A stretch of 64,000 nucleotides of DNA from Candidatus Omnitrophota bacterium (GTDB lineage: Bacteria; Omnitrophota; Gorgyraeia; Gygaellales; JBFMHM01). Positions within the stretch are counted from its first letter, which is position 1, and each line of letters starts with the position of its first letter. Shown piece by piece: positions 18,642-28,308 of this stretch. The position numbers and the translations under genes are program-made. The stretch covers positions 211,157 through 275,156 of the forward strand of contig JBFMHM010000001.1 of NCBI GenBank assembly GCA_040753015.1, read 5' to 3'. The notes beneath the pieces were generated by a model. The model was given only the letters and a program-made list of their open reading frames with translations. It ran no database searches and was not told the origin of the DNA.

Positions 18642-19691
18642 TTATAGGTTTTCTACAACCAGATCTCCGACTTCGGTTGTCGAATAACCCATTTTACCAG
18701 CTGCAAGTGATTTTAATTTTTCTGTCGTGACTTTTATGACTGCATTTTCTACTGCGCAAGCCGCTTTATCCTCTTTTAGAATCTCAAGCATCATCGACAC
18801 CGCACATATTGCAGCCAAAGGATTAATTACATTTTTACCAGTATATTTTGGCGCCGATCCGCCTATTGGTTCAAACATAGAAACTCCATTTGGATTAATA
18901 TTGCCTCCAGCAGCAATACCCATACCACCCTGAATCATCGCACCCAAATCTGTAATAATATCACCAAACATATTATCAGTAACAATCACATCAAACCATT
19001 CAGGGTTTTTAACAAACCACATAGTTGTTGCGTCAACATGTGCATAATCAGTCGAAATATCCGGGTATTCTTTGGCTACATCGTTAAATGTTCTTTCCCA
19101 GAGATTCCAAGCATACGTCAAAACATTAGTCTTCCCGCAAAGAGTTAATTTTTTACGCTTATTCCGCTTACGCGTATATTCAAAGGCATAGCGGATACAA
19201 CGCTCAACCCCTTTTTTTGTATTGTAAGAAATCTGAATAGCAACCTCATCCTTTGTACCTTTATCTTTAAACTCTCCCATACCTCTATAAAGGCCTTCGG
19301 AATTTTCACGAACAACTACAAAATCAATATCTTCTGGTTTTTTATCTTTCAAAGGGCAAAAATTTTCATTATAGAGTTTAACCGGCCGTAAATTTATATA
19401 TTGGTCTAGAGAAAATCTTAGCCTTAAGAGAACGTCAGTCTCTAATATCCCTGGCCTAACATCAGGATGCCCAACAGCACCTAAGTAGATAGCAGAATAT
19501 GTTTTTAGTTCCTCTATATCTTGAGCTTCAACGGTCTTACCGGTTTTTAAAAAACGTTCGCCGCTAAAATCAAAAGTTTTGGTTTCGTATTCAAATTTGA
19601 ATTTATTACTTACTGCTTTTAGAACTTTCAACCCTTCATTAACAACTTCTGGGCCAGTCCCGTCACCGGGTATTACTGCTATTTTGTACAT
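18642..19691 (-). CDS. leuB: 3-isopropylmalate dehydrogenase (short archaeal-type isocitrate/isopropylmalate dehydrogenase family)
   Basis: 349 aa. [17 protein letters not shown]-terminus. Assigned as leuB because leuC and leuD lie immediately upstream. Confidence 0.75.
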   Translation of the reverse strand: MYKIAVIPGDGTGPEVVNEGLKVLKAVSNKFKFEYETKTFDFSGERFLKTGKTVEAQDIEELKTYSAIYLGAVGHPDVRPGILETDVLLRLRFSLDQYINLRPVKLYNENFCPLKDKKPEDIDFVVVRENSEGLYRGMGEFKDKGTKDEVAIQISYNTKKGVERCIRYAFEYTRKRNKRKKLTLCGKTNVLTYAWNLWERTFNDVAKEYPDISTDYAHVDATTMWFVKNPEWFDVIVTDNMFGDIITDLGAMIQGGMGIAAGGNINPNGVSMFEPIGGSAPKYTGKNVINPLAAICAVSMMLEILKEDKAACAVENAVIKVTTEKLKSLAAGKMGYSTTEVGDLVVENL

Positions 19692-20157
19692 ACTTTATTA
19701 ATCCTCCTGCATTTATAATCTCTTGCATAAATTCTGGAAAATTACCGCTGTTAAAACTTTTATTATTACTAAGATCTTTTATAATACCCTTATCTAAAAT
19801 AATCTCTAAGATATCGCCATCTTTAATCTCCGAAGTATCTTTAATTTCTATAATCGCAAGCCCGATATTTATTGCATTGCGAAAAAATATCCTTGCAAAG
19901 CTTTCTGCGACTACACAAACTATGCCACTGCCTTTGATCGCAATAGGCGCATGTTCGCGCGAAGAACCACAGCCAAAGTTTTTCCCGGCAACAATAATAT
20001 CACCTTTTTTTACTTTTTTTACAAAATCCCTGGCAATTGTTTCCATACAATGACTACCTAATTCTTGGGCATCTGTACTGACTAAATATTTAGCAGCAAT
20101 AATATCGTCTGTGTTTATATCATCGCCAAATTTATGAACGTTGCCTCTGAATATCAT
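19663..20157 (-). CDS. leuD: 3-isopropylmalate dehydratase small subunit
   Basis: 164 aa. Archaeal-type LeuD (GDDINTDDIIAAKYL). Confidence 0.8.
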   Translation of the reverse strand: MIFRGNVHKFGDDINTDDIIAAKYLVSTDAQELGSHCMETIARDFVKKVKKGDIIVAGKNFGCGSSREHAPIAIKGSGIVCVVAESFARIFFRNAINIGLAIIEIKDTSEIKDGDILEIILDKGIIKDLSNNKSFNSGNFPEFMQEIINAGGLIKYVQNSSNTR

Positions 20158-21422
20158 TTTACAACCTCGTCTGGATGAGTAATTCGGCCTAATATGCTGG
20201 ATGCCGCCGCAACCGCAGGACTCGAGAGATACACAAAAGATTCTGGGCTACCCATCCTACCGATAAAATTACGGTTTGTTGTCGCAAGAGCGACTTCGCC
20301 TTTAGTAAGAATCCCTGAATGACCGCCAAGGCATGGCCCACAAGTAGGCGTAGAAATAACTGCACCTGCTTGAATAAAAATTTCGATTAACCCTTCCTTT
20401 ATTGCCTCTAAGTATATCTTTTGTGTTGCAGGAAAAATAATCAAACGTACTCTCGAATTTACTTTTCGGCCTTTTAAAATTTTAGCCGCGATGCGTAAAT
20501 CTGATATTCTACCGTTTGTACAAGAACCAATCACTACTTGATCCAAATTAATATCCTTCAAGTTTGAGACTGGTTTTACATTACTCGGAAGATGCGGACA
20601 GGAAACTTGCGGTTCAAGCGTAGAAACATCATATTCTTTTATTTTAACATACTTAGCATCTTTATCGCTCATAAGCTCTTTTATCTTAATATTAGCTTTT
20701 ACTTCTCTCAAATATTTAAAAGTAACAGCATCTGGTTCAATAATACCATTTTTTGCTCCCGCCTCAATAGCCATATTACACATACTAAATCTATCATCCA
20801 TTGATAACCCTTTAATAACTTCTCCACTAAACTCCATAGTTTTATATAATGCTCCATCCACTCCTATATCGCCAATTGTATAAAGGATTAAATCTTTTCC
20901 AGAAATCCATTTATCCAACCTTCCTTTATAAATAAACTTAATAGTTTCAGGCACTTTAAGCCACACCCATCCTGATGCCCAAGCACAAGCTAAATCTGTT
21001 GAACCTATGCCAATCGAAAAAGCACCAAGAGCTCCGTATGTACAAGTATGTGAATCTGCACCAATTATTAAATCACCAACACTGACTAATCCTAACTCTG
21101 GTAAAAGGGCATGCTCTATACCCATGCATCCTAACTCAAAAAAATGTTTTATATTATGTTTTTTTGAGAAAATATTTAGAATCTTCGCTTGATTGCTAGA
21201 AACGGCATCTTTAGCGGGAACAAAATGATCGGGAACAAGAGCAATTTTTTCATTATCAAATACTTTTTCAAAACCCGCTGCCTCAAATTCTTTAATTGCA
21301 ATAGGCGCAGTAATATCATTGCCTAGAGTAAGATCAACATTTGCTTTAATAAAATTACCCGGGGATATCTTATCTACGTTTATATGATTAAGCAGAATTT
21401 TTTCTGTGATTGTATAACCCAT
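20154..21422 (-). CDS. leuC: 3-isopropylmalate dehydratase large subunit
   Basis: 422 aa. Aconitase-family Fe-S ligand regions (CMGIEH, GSCTNGR, PTCGPCLG). Confidence 0.8.
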   Translation of the reverse strand: MGYTITEKILLNHINVDKISPGNFIKANVDLTLGNDITAPIAIKEFEAAGFEKVFDNEKIALVPDHFVPAKDAVSSNQAKILNIFSKKHNIKHFFELGCMGIEHALLPELGLVSVGDLIIGADSHTCTYGALGAFSIGIGSTDLACAWASGWVWLKVPETIKFIYKGRLDKWISGKDLILYTIGDIGVDGALYKTMEFSGEVIKGLSMDDRFSMCNMAIEAGAKNGIIEPDAVTFKYLREVKANIKIKELMSDKDAKYVKIKEYDVSTLEPQVSCPHLPSNVKPVSNLKDINLDQVVIGSCTNGRISDLRIAAKILKGRKVNSRVRLIIFPATQKIYLEAIKEGLIEIFIQAGAVISTPTCGPCLGGHSGILTKGEVALATTNRNFIGRMGSPESFVYLSSPAVAAASSILGRITHPDEVVK

Positions 21423-21430
21423 AATAGAAA

Positions 21431-22672
21431 CTAAAAATTAAATCTTTTTATTATTAATGTTGCGTTATGGCCGCCAAAACCTAGAGAATTAGACATACAG
21501 ACATCCACCTTAGCCTTTCTTGCAACATTGGGGACATAATCTAAGTCGCATTCGGGATCAGGATTATCGTAGTTAATTGTTGGAGGGATTACTTTATCTT
21601 TTATAGCTAAAATACAAGCAATAAATTCAACGCCGCCGGCTGCGCCTAAAAGATGGCCGGTTACTGATTTTGTTGAACTAACAGCTATCTTTTTTGCATA
21701 ATCACCAAATACTTTTTTGATTGCAAGGGTTTCAATCTTATCATTGAGCTCAGTAGAAGTCCCATGAGCATTTATATAATCTATATCCCTAGTTTCCAAT
21801 TTCGCATCCTCTAGCGCCAGTTTCATTGCATGGCTAGCGCCCTCTCCTGTTGGGTCTGGGGCGGTAATATGATAACCGTCTCCTGTCATTGCATATCCTA
21901 CAATCTCACCATATATATGGGCTTTTCTTTTTTTTGCATGCTCTAGCTCTTCTAAAACAACAATCCCACAGCCTTCAGCCATTATAAAACCATCGCGGTC
22001 CCTATCAAAAGGCCTAGATGCACGTTTTGGCTCATTATTTCTCTTAGAAAGAGCTTTGAGAGCGCAAAATCCACCAACACCAAGATGAGTAATACAACTT
22101 TCTGTGCCTCCAGTAATCATTATATCCGCAGCATTCCTTTGAATAACTTTAAATGCATCACCAATTGCATGAGATCCAGAAGCACAAGCAGTAGCAACGG
22201 CAGAATTAGGGCCTTTTAATTTAAAATGAATAGAAACATGCCCTGACGCCTCATTTATAATCAGCATAGGAATAAGAAACGGGGAAAGCCGTGATGGGCC
22301 TTTTGTAAGTAATTTCTTTGCTTCCTCTTCAACCGTGTGAAGACTACCAATACCAGAACCAATTAACACGCCAGCGCGAAAAGGATCTTCTTTAGAAAAA
22401 TCTAGGCCTGAATCGGATACCGCTTGAATACTAGAGGCAACAGCATAATGAACAAACTTATCGGCGCGCTTAACCTCTTTAATATTCATATATTTTAGAG
22501 GATCAAAATTTTTCACTTCCCCGGCAATCCTAGAATCAAAACTAGAAGCATCAAAACTCTTTAATAAATCTACGCCGCTAATTCCTTCTACTAAAGAATT
22601 CCAAAACACCGGAATATCGTTGCCAACCGGAGATATAACACCTAATCCTGTTATTACTACGCGTCTTTCCAT
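21431..22672 (-). CDS. fabF: 3-oxoacyl-ACP synthase II
   Basis: 413 aa. VVITGLGVISPVGN N-terminus, active-site ATACAS, and HGTST and GHLLGAAG motifs. Confidence 0.9.
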   Translation of the reverse strand: MERRVVITGLGVISPVGNDIPVFWNSLVEGISGVDLLKSFDASSFDSRIAGEVKNFDPLKYMNIKEVKRADKFVHYAVASSIQAVSDSGLDFSKEDPFRAGVLIGSGIGSLHTVEEEAKKLLTKGPSRLSPFLIPMLIINEASGHVSIHFKLKGPNSAVATACASGSHAIGDAFKVIQRNAADIMITGGTESCITHLGVGGFCALKALSKRNNEPKRASRPFDRDRDGFIMAEGCGIVVLEELEHAKKRKAHIYGEIVGYAMTGDGYHITAPDPTGEGASHAMKLALEDAKLETRDIDYINAHGTSTELNDKIETLAIKKVFGDYAKKIAVSSTKSVTGHLLGAAGGVEFIACILAIKDKVIPPTINYDNPDPECDLDYVPNVARKAKVDVCMSNSLGFGGHNATLIIKRFNF

Positions 22673-22679
22673 ATTAATT

Positions 22680-22730
22680 TACCCCGCATATTCTAAAAAT
22701 TCATTTTTTGAATAAAAAGATGATGCGGGG
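22680..22730 (-). promoter_or_regulatory. Hairpin between acpP and fabF (possible attenuator or partial terminator)
   Basis: Perfect 9-bp stem accccgcat / atgcggggt with an AT-rich loop. Analogous position to the E. coli acpP-fabF intergenic hairpin. No clean minus-strand U-run. Confidence 0.3.
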
Positions 22731-22777
22731 TATGTTATTTTTTCCACCGAAGCTAGATTGCCCTCGGGTAGAAATCA

Positions 22778-23017
22778 TTATTTATTTTGGGCTTTCTCTT
22801 CTATATATTTAATCGCTTCACCTACAGTAGTCATTTTTTCAGCATCTTCATCAGGAATTTCAATACCAAATTCTTCTTCTAATGCCATAACAAGTTCAAC
22901 TGTATCTAAAGAATCTGCACCTAAGTCATCAATGAAAGAAGCTTCCGGAGTAACTTCTTCGGGCTTTACGCCTAACTGTTCAGCAATTATACTTTTTATT
23001 TTATCCGCTACTGCCAT
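22778..23017 (-). CDS. acpP: Acyl carrier protein
   Basis: 79 aa. [20 protein letters not shown] phosphopantetheine attachment site. Confidence 0.95.
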   Translation of the reverse strand: MAVADKIKSIIAEQLGVKPEEVTPEASFIDDLGADSLDTVELVMALEEEFGIEIPDEDAEKMTTVGEAIKYIEEKAQNK

Positions 23018-23028
23018 TCGTTTCCTCC

Positions 23029-23775
23029 TTAGTTTATCATTACCATCCCACCATCAACAATAATTGTCTGCCCTGTAATATAATCTGAACTACTGCTTGC
23101 TAAAAACATGCAAACCTTAGCAACATCCTGAGGTTCGCCAAATCTATTTATCGGAATCATACTTAACATCTTTTGCTTAACATCTTCCGATAATTTATCT
23201 GTCATTGCCGTTCTTATAAAACCTGGGGCAACAGCATTTACGCAGATACCACGGCTGGCAACTTCTTTAGCTATACTTTTTGTAAGAGCAATAACACCTG
23301 CTTTTGATGCTGCATAATTTACTTGCCCAGCGTTTCCTATTATGCCGATAATAGAAGCTATATTTACAATCTTTCCGCTTCGTTGTTTTATCATATGCCG
23401 AGAAACCGCTTTTGTCACATTAAAAGTACCTTTTAAATTAATATTTAGTACTTTATCCCACTCATCTTCCTTCATACGTAGCATTAAATTGTCAGCGGTC
23501 ACGCCAGCATTGTTAATTAATATATCAATCTTGTTAAATTTGTCAAGGATTTTATCAGTAAATTCCTGCACTTGTGTATAATTTGTCACATCAATAACAG
23601 AGGTCAAACAACTAATCCCAAAAGCCTCTAAATCTTTCTGTGTTTCCAAAAGTGCATCTTGATTTACATCGCATATTGCCATATCCGAACCTTGTTTTGC
23701 GAAAGAATAAGCAATTTCTTTACCTATTCCGCGGGCTGCGCCTGTAACTATAGTAACTTTATCTTTAAATATCAT
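23029..23775 (-). CDS. fabG: 3-oxoacyl-ACP reductase
   Basis: 248 aa. SDR family ([17 protein letters not shown]). Confidence 0.9.
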   Translation of the reverse strand: MIFKDKVTIVTGAARGIGKEIAYSFAKQGSDMAICDVNQDALLETQKDLEAFGISCLTSVIDVTNYTQVQEFTDKILDKFNKIDILINNAGVTADNLMLRMKEDEWDKVLNINLKGTFNVTKAVSRHMIKQRSGKIVNIASIIGIIGNAGQVNYAASKAGVIALTKSIAKEVASRGICVNAVAPGFIRTAMTDKLSEDVKQKMLSMIPINRFGEPQDVAKVCMFLASSSSDYITGQTIIVDGGMVMIN

Positions 23776-23777
23776 AA

Positions 23778-24716
23778 TTAAACTCCTAATTTACTTATGT
23801 CTTCTTTCTTTTCTATATTTATAACATTTACTTCCGGGTCAATTTTTCTCATTAATCCTTTAAGCACTCTGCCCGGGCCAACTTCATAAAAATTCTTTAT
23901 ACCCTTGCCTATCATAAATCTAACAGAATCTTCCCAAAGAACAGAACCTGTCAATTGTTTTACCAAGTTCTGCCGTATCAAATCCGGAGAATCTTCTATT
24001 ACAGCAGTAAAATTACTAATAACAGGTACTACAGGATTATTAATTGTTATTCTATCCAGCAAGATCTTTAATTTATCGCTTGCTTCCTGCATAAAAGAAC
24101 TATGAAATGCCCCGCTTGTAGCTAACGCTATAACCTTTTTTGCACCAAGGGAAACAGCAATTTCCTTTAAATTATCAATTGCCTCTATAGACCCAGAAAC
24201 TACAATTTGATCTGGGCAATTTAAATTTGCTGGCTCAACATTTGCCTGTTTGCACAATAAAGAAACATTCTCTTTAGTTAATCCAATCACAGCTGCCATT
24301 CTACCCGGATTTTTAATTGAAGCCTCATCCATAAATTCACCTCTTTTATGGACTAAATAAACAGCATCTTCAAAGCTAATTGATCCTGCAGCCACCAATG
24401 CTGAATATTCCCCCAAACTTAATCCTACGGCATAATTGTAATCCGTAATTTGTAATCTAGAGCTTGTTTTTAATGCTTCCCATGCAGCGATACTAGCTGT
24501 AAGTATTGCGGGTTGGCATATTTTACTTTTGGTTAATTCTTCGATGGGGCCTTCAAAACAAATATCGGATAAATTAAATCCTAAAACTTGGTCTGCTTTG
24601 CTAAAAACATCTTTTGCCTGGGGAAAAGTTTCATATAAATCTTTTCCCATTTCAACATATTGAACACCTTGACCAGGAAATAATAAACCTACCATTTTAA
24701 TACTATTGCTCCCCAT
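23778..24716 (-). CDS. fabD: Malonyl CoA-ACP transacylase
   Basis: 312 aa. FPGQGVQY and GLSLGEYSAL active-site Ser. Confidence 0.9.
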   Translation of the reverse strand: MGSNSIKMVGLLFPGQGVQYVEMGKDLYETFPQAKDVFSKADQVLGFNLSDICFEGPIEELTKSKICQPAILTASIAAWEALKTSSRLQITDYNYAVGLSLGEYSALVAAGSISFEDAVYLVHKRGEFMDEASIKNPGRMAAVIGLTKENVSLLCKQANVEPANLNCPDQIVVSGSIEAIDNLKEIAVSLGAKKVIALATSGAFHSSFMQEASDKLKILLDRITINNPVVPVISNFTAVIEDSPDLIRQNLVKQLTGSVLWEDSVRFMIGKGIKNFYEVGPGRVLKGLMRKIDPEVNVINIEKKEDISKLGV

Positions 24717-25666
24717 ACAAGGCCTGAACCAAATACATCAATTAATACAATATCCCCTTTTTTAATATAGCCGTCTTCTATTGCTTCCACAAAAGCCGTT
24801 GCAGCAGAAGCAGAAGACATATTACCATACCGCTCAATATTAATATAAATTTTATCGCTTGAAAGCTTAAGCCGTTGGCCTACAGCATTAATTATTCTAA
24901 CATTAGCTTGGTGAGGAATGAAACAATCTATATCTTGCTCTTTAAGGCCTGCTTTATCAAGAACTTTAATAGCCGCGGAAGTCATAAGCCTCACGGCCAA
25001 TTTAAATAATTCGTTTCCCTGCATCTTTATATAATGCATCTTTTTCTCGATTGTTTCTAGACTTGCAGGGTGTCTTGATCCGCCGCCTGGAAGGTATAAT
25101 AGATCAATCGCACTTGCATCTGTGCCCAGATAACTTGCCATTATTTTACCTTGATTAGTTTGGCCCAGAATTACGGCACCCGCTCCATCACCGAAAAGAA
25201 CGCAGGTATTACGATCCTGCCAATCTGTAACAGAACTAAGTTTTTCAGCTCCAATCACAAGCGCGCGCTTATAAACATTACGGGCAATAAATTGCTCGGC
25301 AATACTAATTCCATAAACAAATCCTGCACAGGCGCTAGAAACATCAAAACAAACTGCGTTCTTTGCTCCGATGTTTTTTTGGACAAAACAAGCTGTCGAA
25401 GGAAATTGCATGTCAGGCGTAATGGTAGCGACAATAATTAAATCAATATCCAAAGCGTCAAGATTTGCGCTCTTTAACGCGGCATTAGCAGCGTTAGCGG
25501 CTAAATCGGATGCTGCTTCATTCTTTTGCGCTATTCTTCTTTCTTTTATTCCCGTGCGTGTAGTAATCCACTCATCAGAAGTATCAACTATTTTTTCAAG
25601 GTCATAATTTGTAAGGATTTTTTTAGGGAGGTATTTACCGAAGCCAATTATACCAACTGATTTCAT
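24689..25666 (-). CDS. fabH: 3-oxoacyl-ACP synthase III
   Basis: 325 aa. Cys-His-Asn family (CAGFVYG, HQAN, GNMSSAS). Confidence 0.9.
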   Translation of the reverse strand: MKSVGIIGFGKYLPKKILTNYDLEKIVDTSDEWITTRTGIKERRIAQKNEAASDLAANAANAALKSANLDALDIDLIIVATITPDMQFPSTACFVQKNIGAKNAVCFDVSSACAGFVYGISIAEQFIARNVYKRALVIGAEKLSSVTDWQDRNTCVLFGDGAGAVILGQTNQGKIMASYLGTDASAIDLLYLPGGGSRHPASLETIEKKMHYIKMQGNELFKLAVRLMTSAAIKVLDKAGLKEQDIDCFIPHQANVRIINAVGQRLKLSSDKIYINIERYGNMSSASAATAFVEAIEDGYIKKGDIVLIDVFGSGLVWGAIVLKW

Positions 25667-26658
25667 TTAGATATTGCCTCAATAATCTTTTCATTTACTT
25701 TTCTCTCAATCTCTTCTTTAGCAACACGAATAGCGTTACGAATTGCCTTTGCCTTAGAACGGCCGTGGCTTATTATTACAATACCGTCTACTCCTAAAAG
25801 AAGCGCGCCGCCATATTCAGAATAATCAAGATGTTTCTTGAATCTACGCAGGCTTTGTTTTATAAAAAATACTCCTAGTTTACTCGTCCAATCGCGCGAT
25901 AATTCACGTTTTAGAAATTTAGCAAGCACATCGGCTGTTCCTTCCATAACCTTAAGAACAACATTGCCAACAAATCCATCGCAGATTATCACATCAAAAT
26001 CACCGCTAAATATATCTTTACCCTCACAATTACCGGCAAAATTAATATTGGCCGCCTGGAGTAATTGATGTGTTTCTTTAACAAAATCTGTGCCTTTCGC
26101 TTCTTCTTCGCCAATATTTAGTAACCCAATAGCGGGATTATTCCTGCCAGAAACATAACGCATATAAGCATCTCCCATAATACCATATTGAAGAAGATGC
26201 AGCGGCTTTGGATTAATATTTGCGCCCACATCTAGGATTAAACAAGGATTCTTTAATGTAGGCACCATAAGCGCAATCCCTGGCCGTTCAATATTTGAGA
26301 GTAATCCAAGGCCTAAAACTCCTGCGCATGTTACTGCAGCTGTATTGCCCGCACTAACAAAAGCGTCGGCTTTTTTTTCTTTAATTAAATTCATACCTTT
26401 CACTATAGAAGATTCTTTCTTTTTGCGAGCGCTAACTGCGCCCGGTTCATCCATAGCAATAATATCATTGGCATGATGTATTTCGATGAGACTACGCTTA
26501 GAACTATCTAGCTTATGGCGGGAAAGCTCTTTCTCAATTATATCCCTTTGGCCAACTAAAATTATACCTATATCAAAATCATTAATAGCCCAAACTGCTC
26601 CATCTATTACCGCAGCTGGAGCATAATCTCCGCCCATCGCATCTAGGACGATTTTCAT
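25663..26658 (-). CDS. plsX: Phosphate acyltransferase
   Basis: 331 aa. MKIVLDAMGGDYAP N-terminus. Confidence 0.9.
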   Translation of the reverse strand: MKIVLDAMGGDYAPAAVIDGAVWAINDFDIGIILVGQRDIIEKELSRHKLDSSKRSLIEIHHANDIIAMDEPGAVSARKKKESSIVKGMNLIKEKKADAFVSAGNTAAVTCAGVLGLGLLSNIERPGIALMVPTLKNPCLILDVGANINPKPLHLLQYGIMGDAYMRYVSGRNNPAIGLLNIGEEEAKGTDFVKETHQLLQAANINFAGNCEGKDIFSGDFDVIICDGFVGNVVLKVMEGTADVLAKFLKRELSRDWTSKLGVFFIKQSLRRFKKHLDYSEYGGALLLGVDGIVIISHGRSKAKAIRNAIRVAKEEIERKVNEKIIEAISK

Positions 26659-26661
26659 TTA

Positions 26662-26868
26662 TTAACCTCTAGGTTTTTGTTTCTTTTCTTTCTTCTTAAT
26701 TTCAACTATTTTTTTACCTCTGAAATATCCGCAATAAGAACAAACTTTATTTGGTGAAATAAGATTATTGCATTGCGTACAATTAATAAGATGCACGCAA
26801 TCTTTTCTCCAATGCGTTCGTCTCTTCCTACCTCTTGACTTAGAATGTCTCCTCTTTGGTAATGGCAT
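26662..26868 (-). CDS. rpmF: 50S ribosomal protein L32
   Basis: 68 aa. PLPKRRHSKSRGRKRR plus a Cys4 zinc ribbon. Confidence 0.9.
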   Translation of the reverse strand: MPLPKRRHSKSRGRKRRTHWRKDCVHLINCTQCNNLISPNKVCSYCGYFRGKKIVEIKKKEKKQKPRG

Positions 26869-26882
26869 AACGTCTCCTTAAG

Positions 26883-27290
26883 TTACTTACAGTTGCATTT
26901 TTTTTCGTTTAAATCTTGTCCGCATTTCGGACATAATCCTAAACATCCGTCTTTACAGAGTGGTTTTAATGGATAACTTAGTATAATTTCCTGCCTTAAA
27001 TCATCTGTAATATCAATTGTACGCGTATTCCTGTCAATTGGCAAATTAAGCTCAAATCTATTCTCGTAGTACTTTTCAATTTCCTTCAGACAACAGCAGC
27101 AAACAAACAAAAAATATGAATCAACATCCACTCTAATATTTAATAAATTAATTGCTTTTGAAATATGCGCCCTAATATGAAAAGGCTTAATAAATTTGAT
27201 ATCAGCCGTATTAATATCGAACACATCCGAAGAGACCTCTTCCTCTATGGTAACCCCGCTTTGCGGTATGCTTGATATATCTATTGTCAT
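26883..27290 (-). CDS. yceD: YceD/DUF177 family protein (23S rRNA accumulation protein)
   Basis: 135 aa. C-terminal CxxC...CxxC. Conserved position upstream of rpmF-plsX. Confidence 0.7.
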   Translation of the reverse strand: MTIDISSIPQSGVTIEEEVSSDVFDINTADIKFIKPFHIRAHISKAINLLNIRVDVDSYFLFVCCCCLKEIEKYYENRFELNLPIDRNTRTIDITDDLRQEIILSYPLKPLCKDGCLGLCPKCGQDLNEKKCNCK

Positions 27291-27769
27291 TTATTATTCG
27301 ACTTATGAATGAGCATTTCTTTAACAAAATGCGGGGTAAAACCAGAGACATCTCCACCGAAAGAAAAAATTTCTTTAAGAAGTTTACTAGAAATATAGCT
27401 GTAAGATTCAGACGGCATAAGAAAAATTGTTTCTGTTTCTAAAGATAGCTTTCTATTCGTCAACGCCATTTGGAATTCATACTCAAAATCAGAAAACATC
27501 CTGATGCCGCGTATTATGACCTTTGCTTTAACTTTACGTGCAAAATCTACAGCTAAACAATCAAAATCCTGAATTGTTACATTTTTTAACCCTTTTATCG
27601 CCCGTGTTAACATTTGCACTCTTTCCTGGGCAGTAAAAAAGGGTTTCTTATCATAATTATGCGCAACACCCACAACTATCTGGTCAAAAAGTTTTGCTGC
27701 CCGTTTTATTATATCAATATGGCCAAAAGTAATCGGATCAAACGTCCCCGGATATAACGCTTTTCGCAT
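27287..27769 (-). CDS. coaD: Phosphopantetheine adenylyltransferase
   Basis: 160 aa. YPGTFDPITFGHIDII motif. Confidence 0.9.
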   Translation of the reverse strand: MRKALYPGTFDPITFGHIDIIKRAAKLFDQIVVGVAHNYDKKPFFTAQERVQMLTRAIKGLKNVTIQDFDCLAVDFARKVKAKVIIRGIRMFSDFEYEFQMALTNRKLSLETETIFLMPSESYSYISSKLLKEIFSFGGDVSGFTPHFVKEMLIHKSNNK

Positions 27770-28307
27770 AGGTATAAAATGTTAAAGCCGTATCACCGTA
27801 TATCTTTTGCCTGGCTTGAACTAACCGGCCAGAAGTTTGCGGTAATACGTCTTTTTTAAAATGCTGGCATACAACAACACCATTAGCCGTTAATATATCA
27901 TATTGCCCTAAGCTAATCAAGGTTTTTTTTACTAGGTCTTTATAATAAGGCGGGTCTAAAAATATAATATCAAACTTATAATCTTTTTTTGAAATATAAC
28001 CTAAAAATTTTAAGGTATCCATAAAAAATACCTGATAATTTTGATTTTTTATTATATTATTAATATTTATTTTTGTTGCTTTAATAGATTCTTTACTATT
28101 GTCTACAAATATTGCTTCTTTTGCACCCAAAGATAAAGCCTCTATGCCTATTATTCCAGACCCACAAAAAAGCTCTAAGAAGCGTGCATTATTTACACAT
28201 TCACCCAGAATACTAAATAGCGCTTTTCGAACCAGCTCTAGGCTGGGGCGGATATCCCTAGGTGCTTTAATATGCAAGCCTTTATATTTTCCAGAAGTTA
28301 TACGCAT
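27738..28307 (-). CDS. rsmD: 16S rRNA (guanine966-N2)-methyltransferase
   Basis: 189 aa. DLFCGSG and FLDPPY motifs. Confidence 0.85.
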   Translation of the reverse strand: MRITSGKYKGLHIKAPRDIRPSLELVRKALFSILGECVNNARFLELFCGSGIIGIEALSLGAKEAIFVDNSKESIKATKININNIIKNQNYQVFFMDTLKFLGYISKKDYKFDIIFLDPPYYKDLVKKTLISLGQYDILTANGVVVCQHFKKDVLPQTSGRLVQARQKIYGDTALTFYTYAKSVISGDV

Positions 28308-28308
28308 T

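Noticed and set aside
22680-22730. Rho-independent terminator after acpP
   Set aside because: A perfect 9-bp stem is present but the loop is 33 nt and no U-run follows on the minus strand. I kept it only as a low-confidence attenuator-like hairpin.
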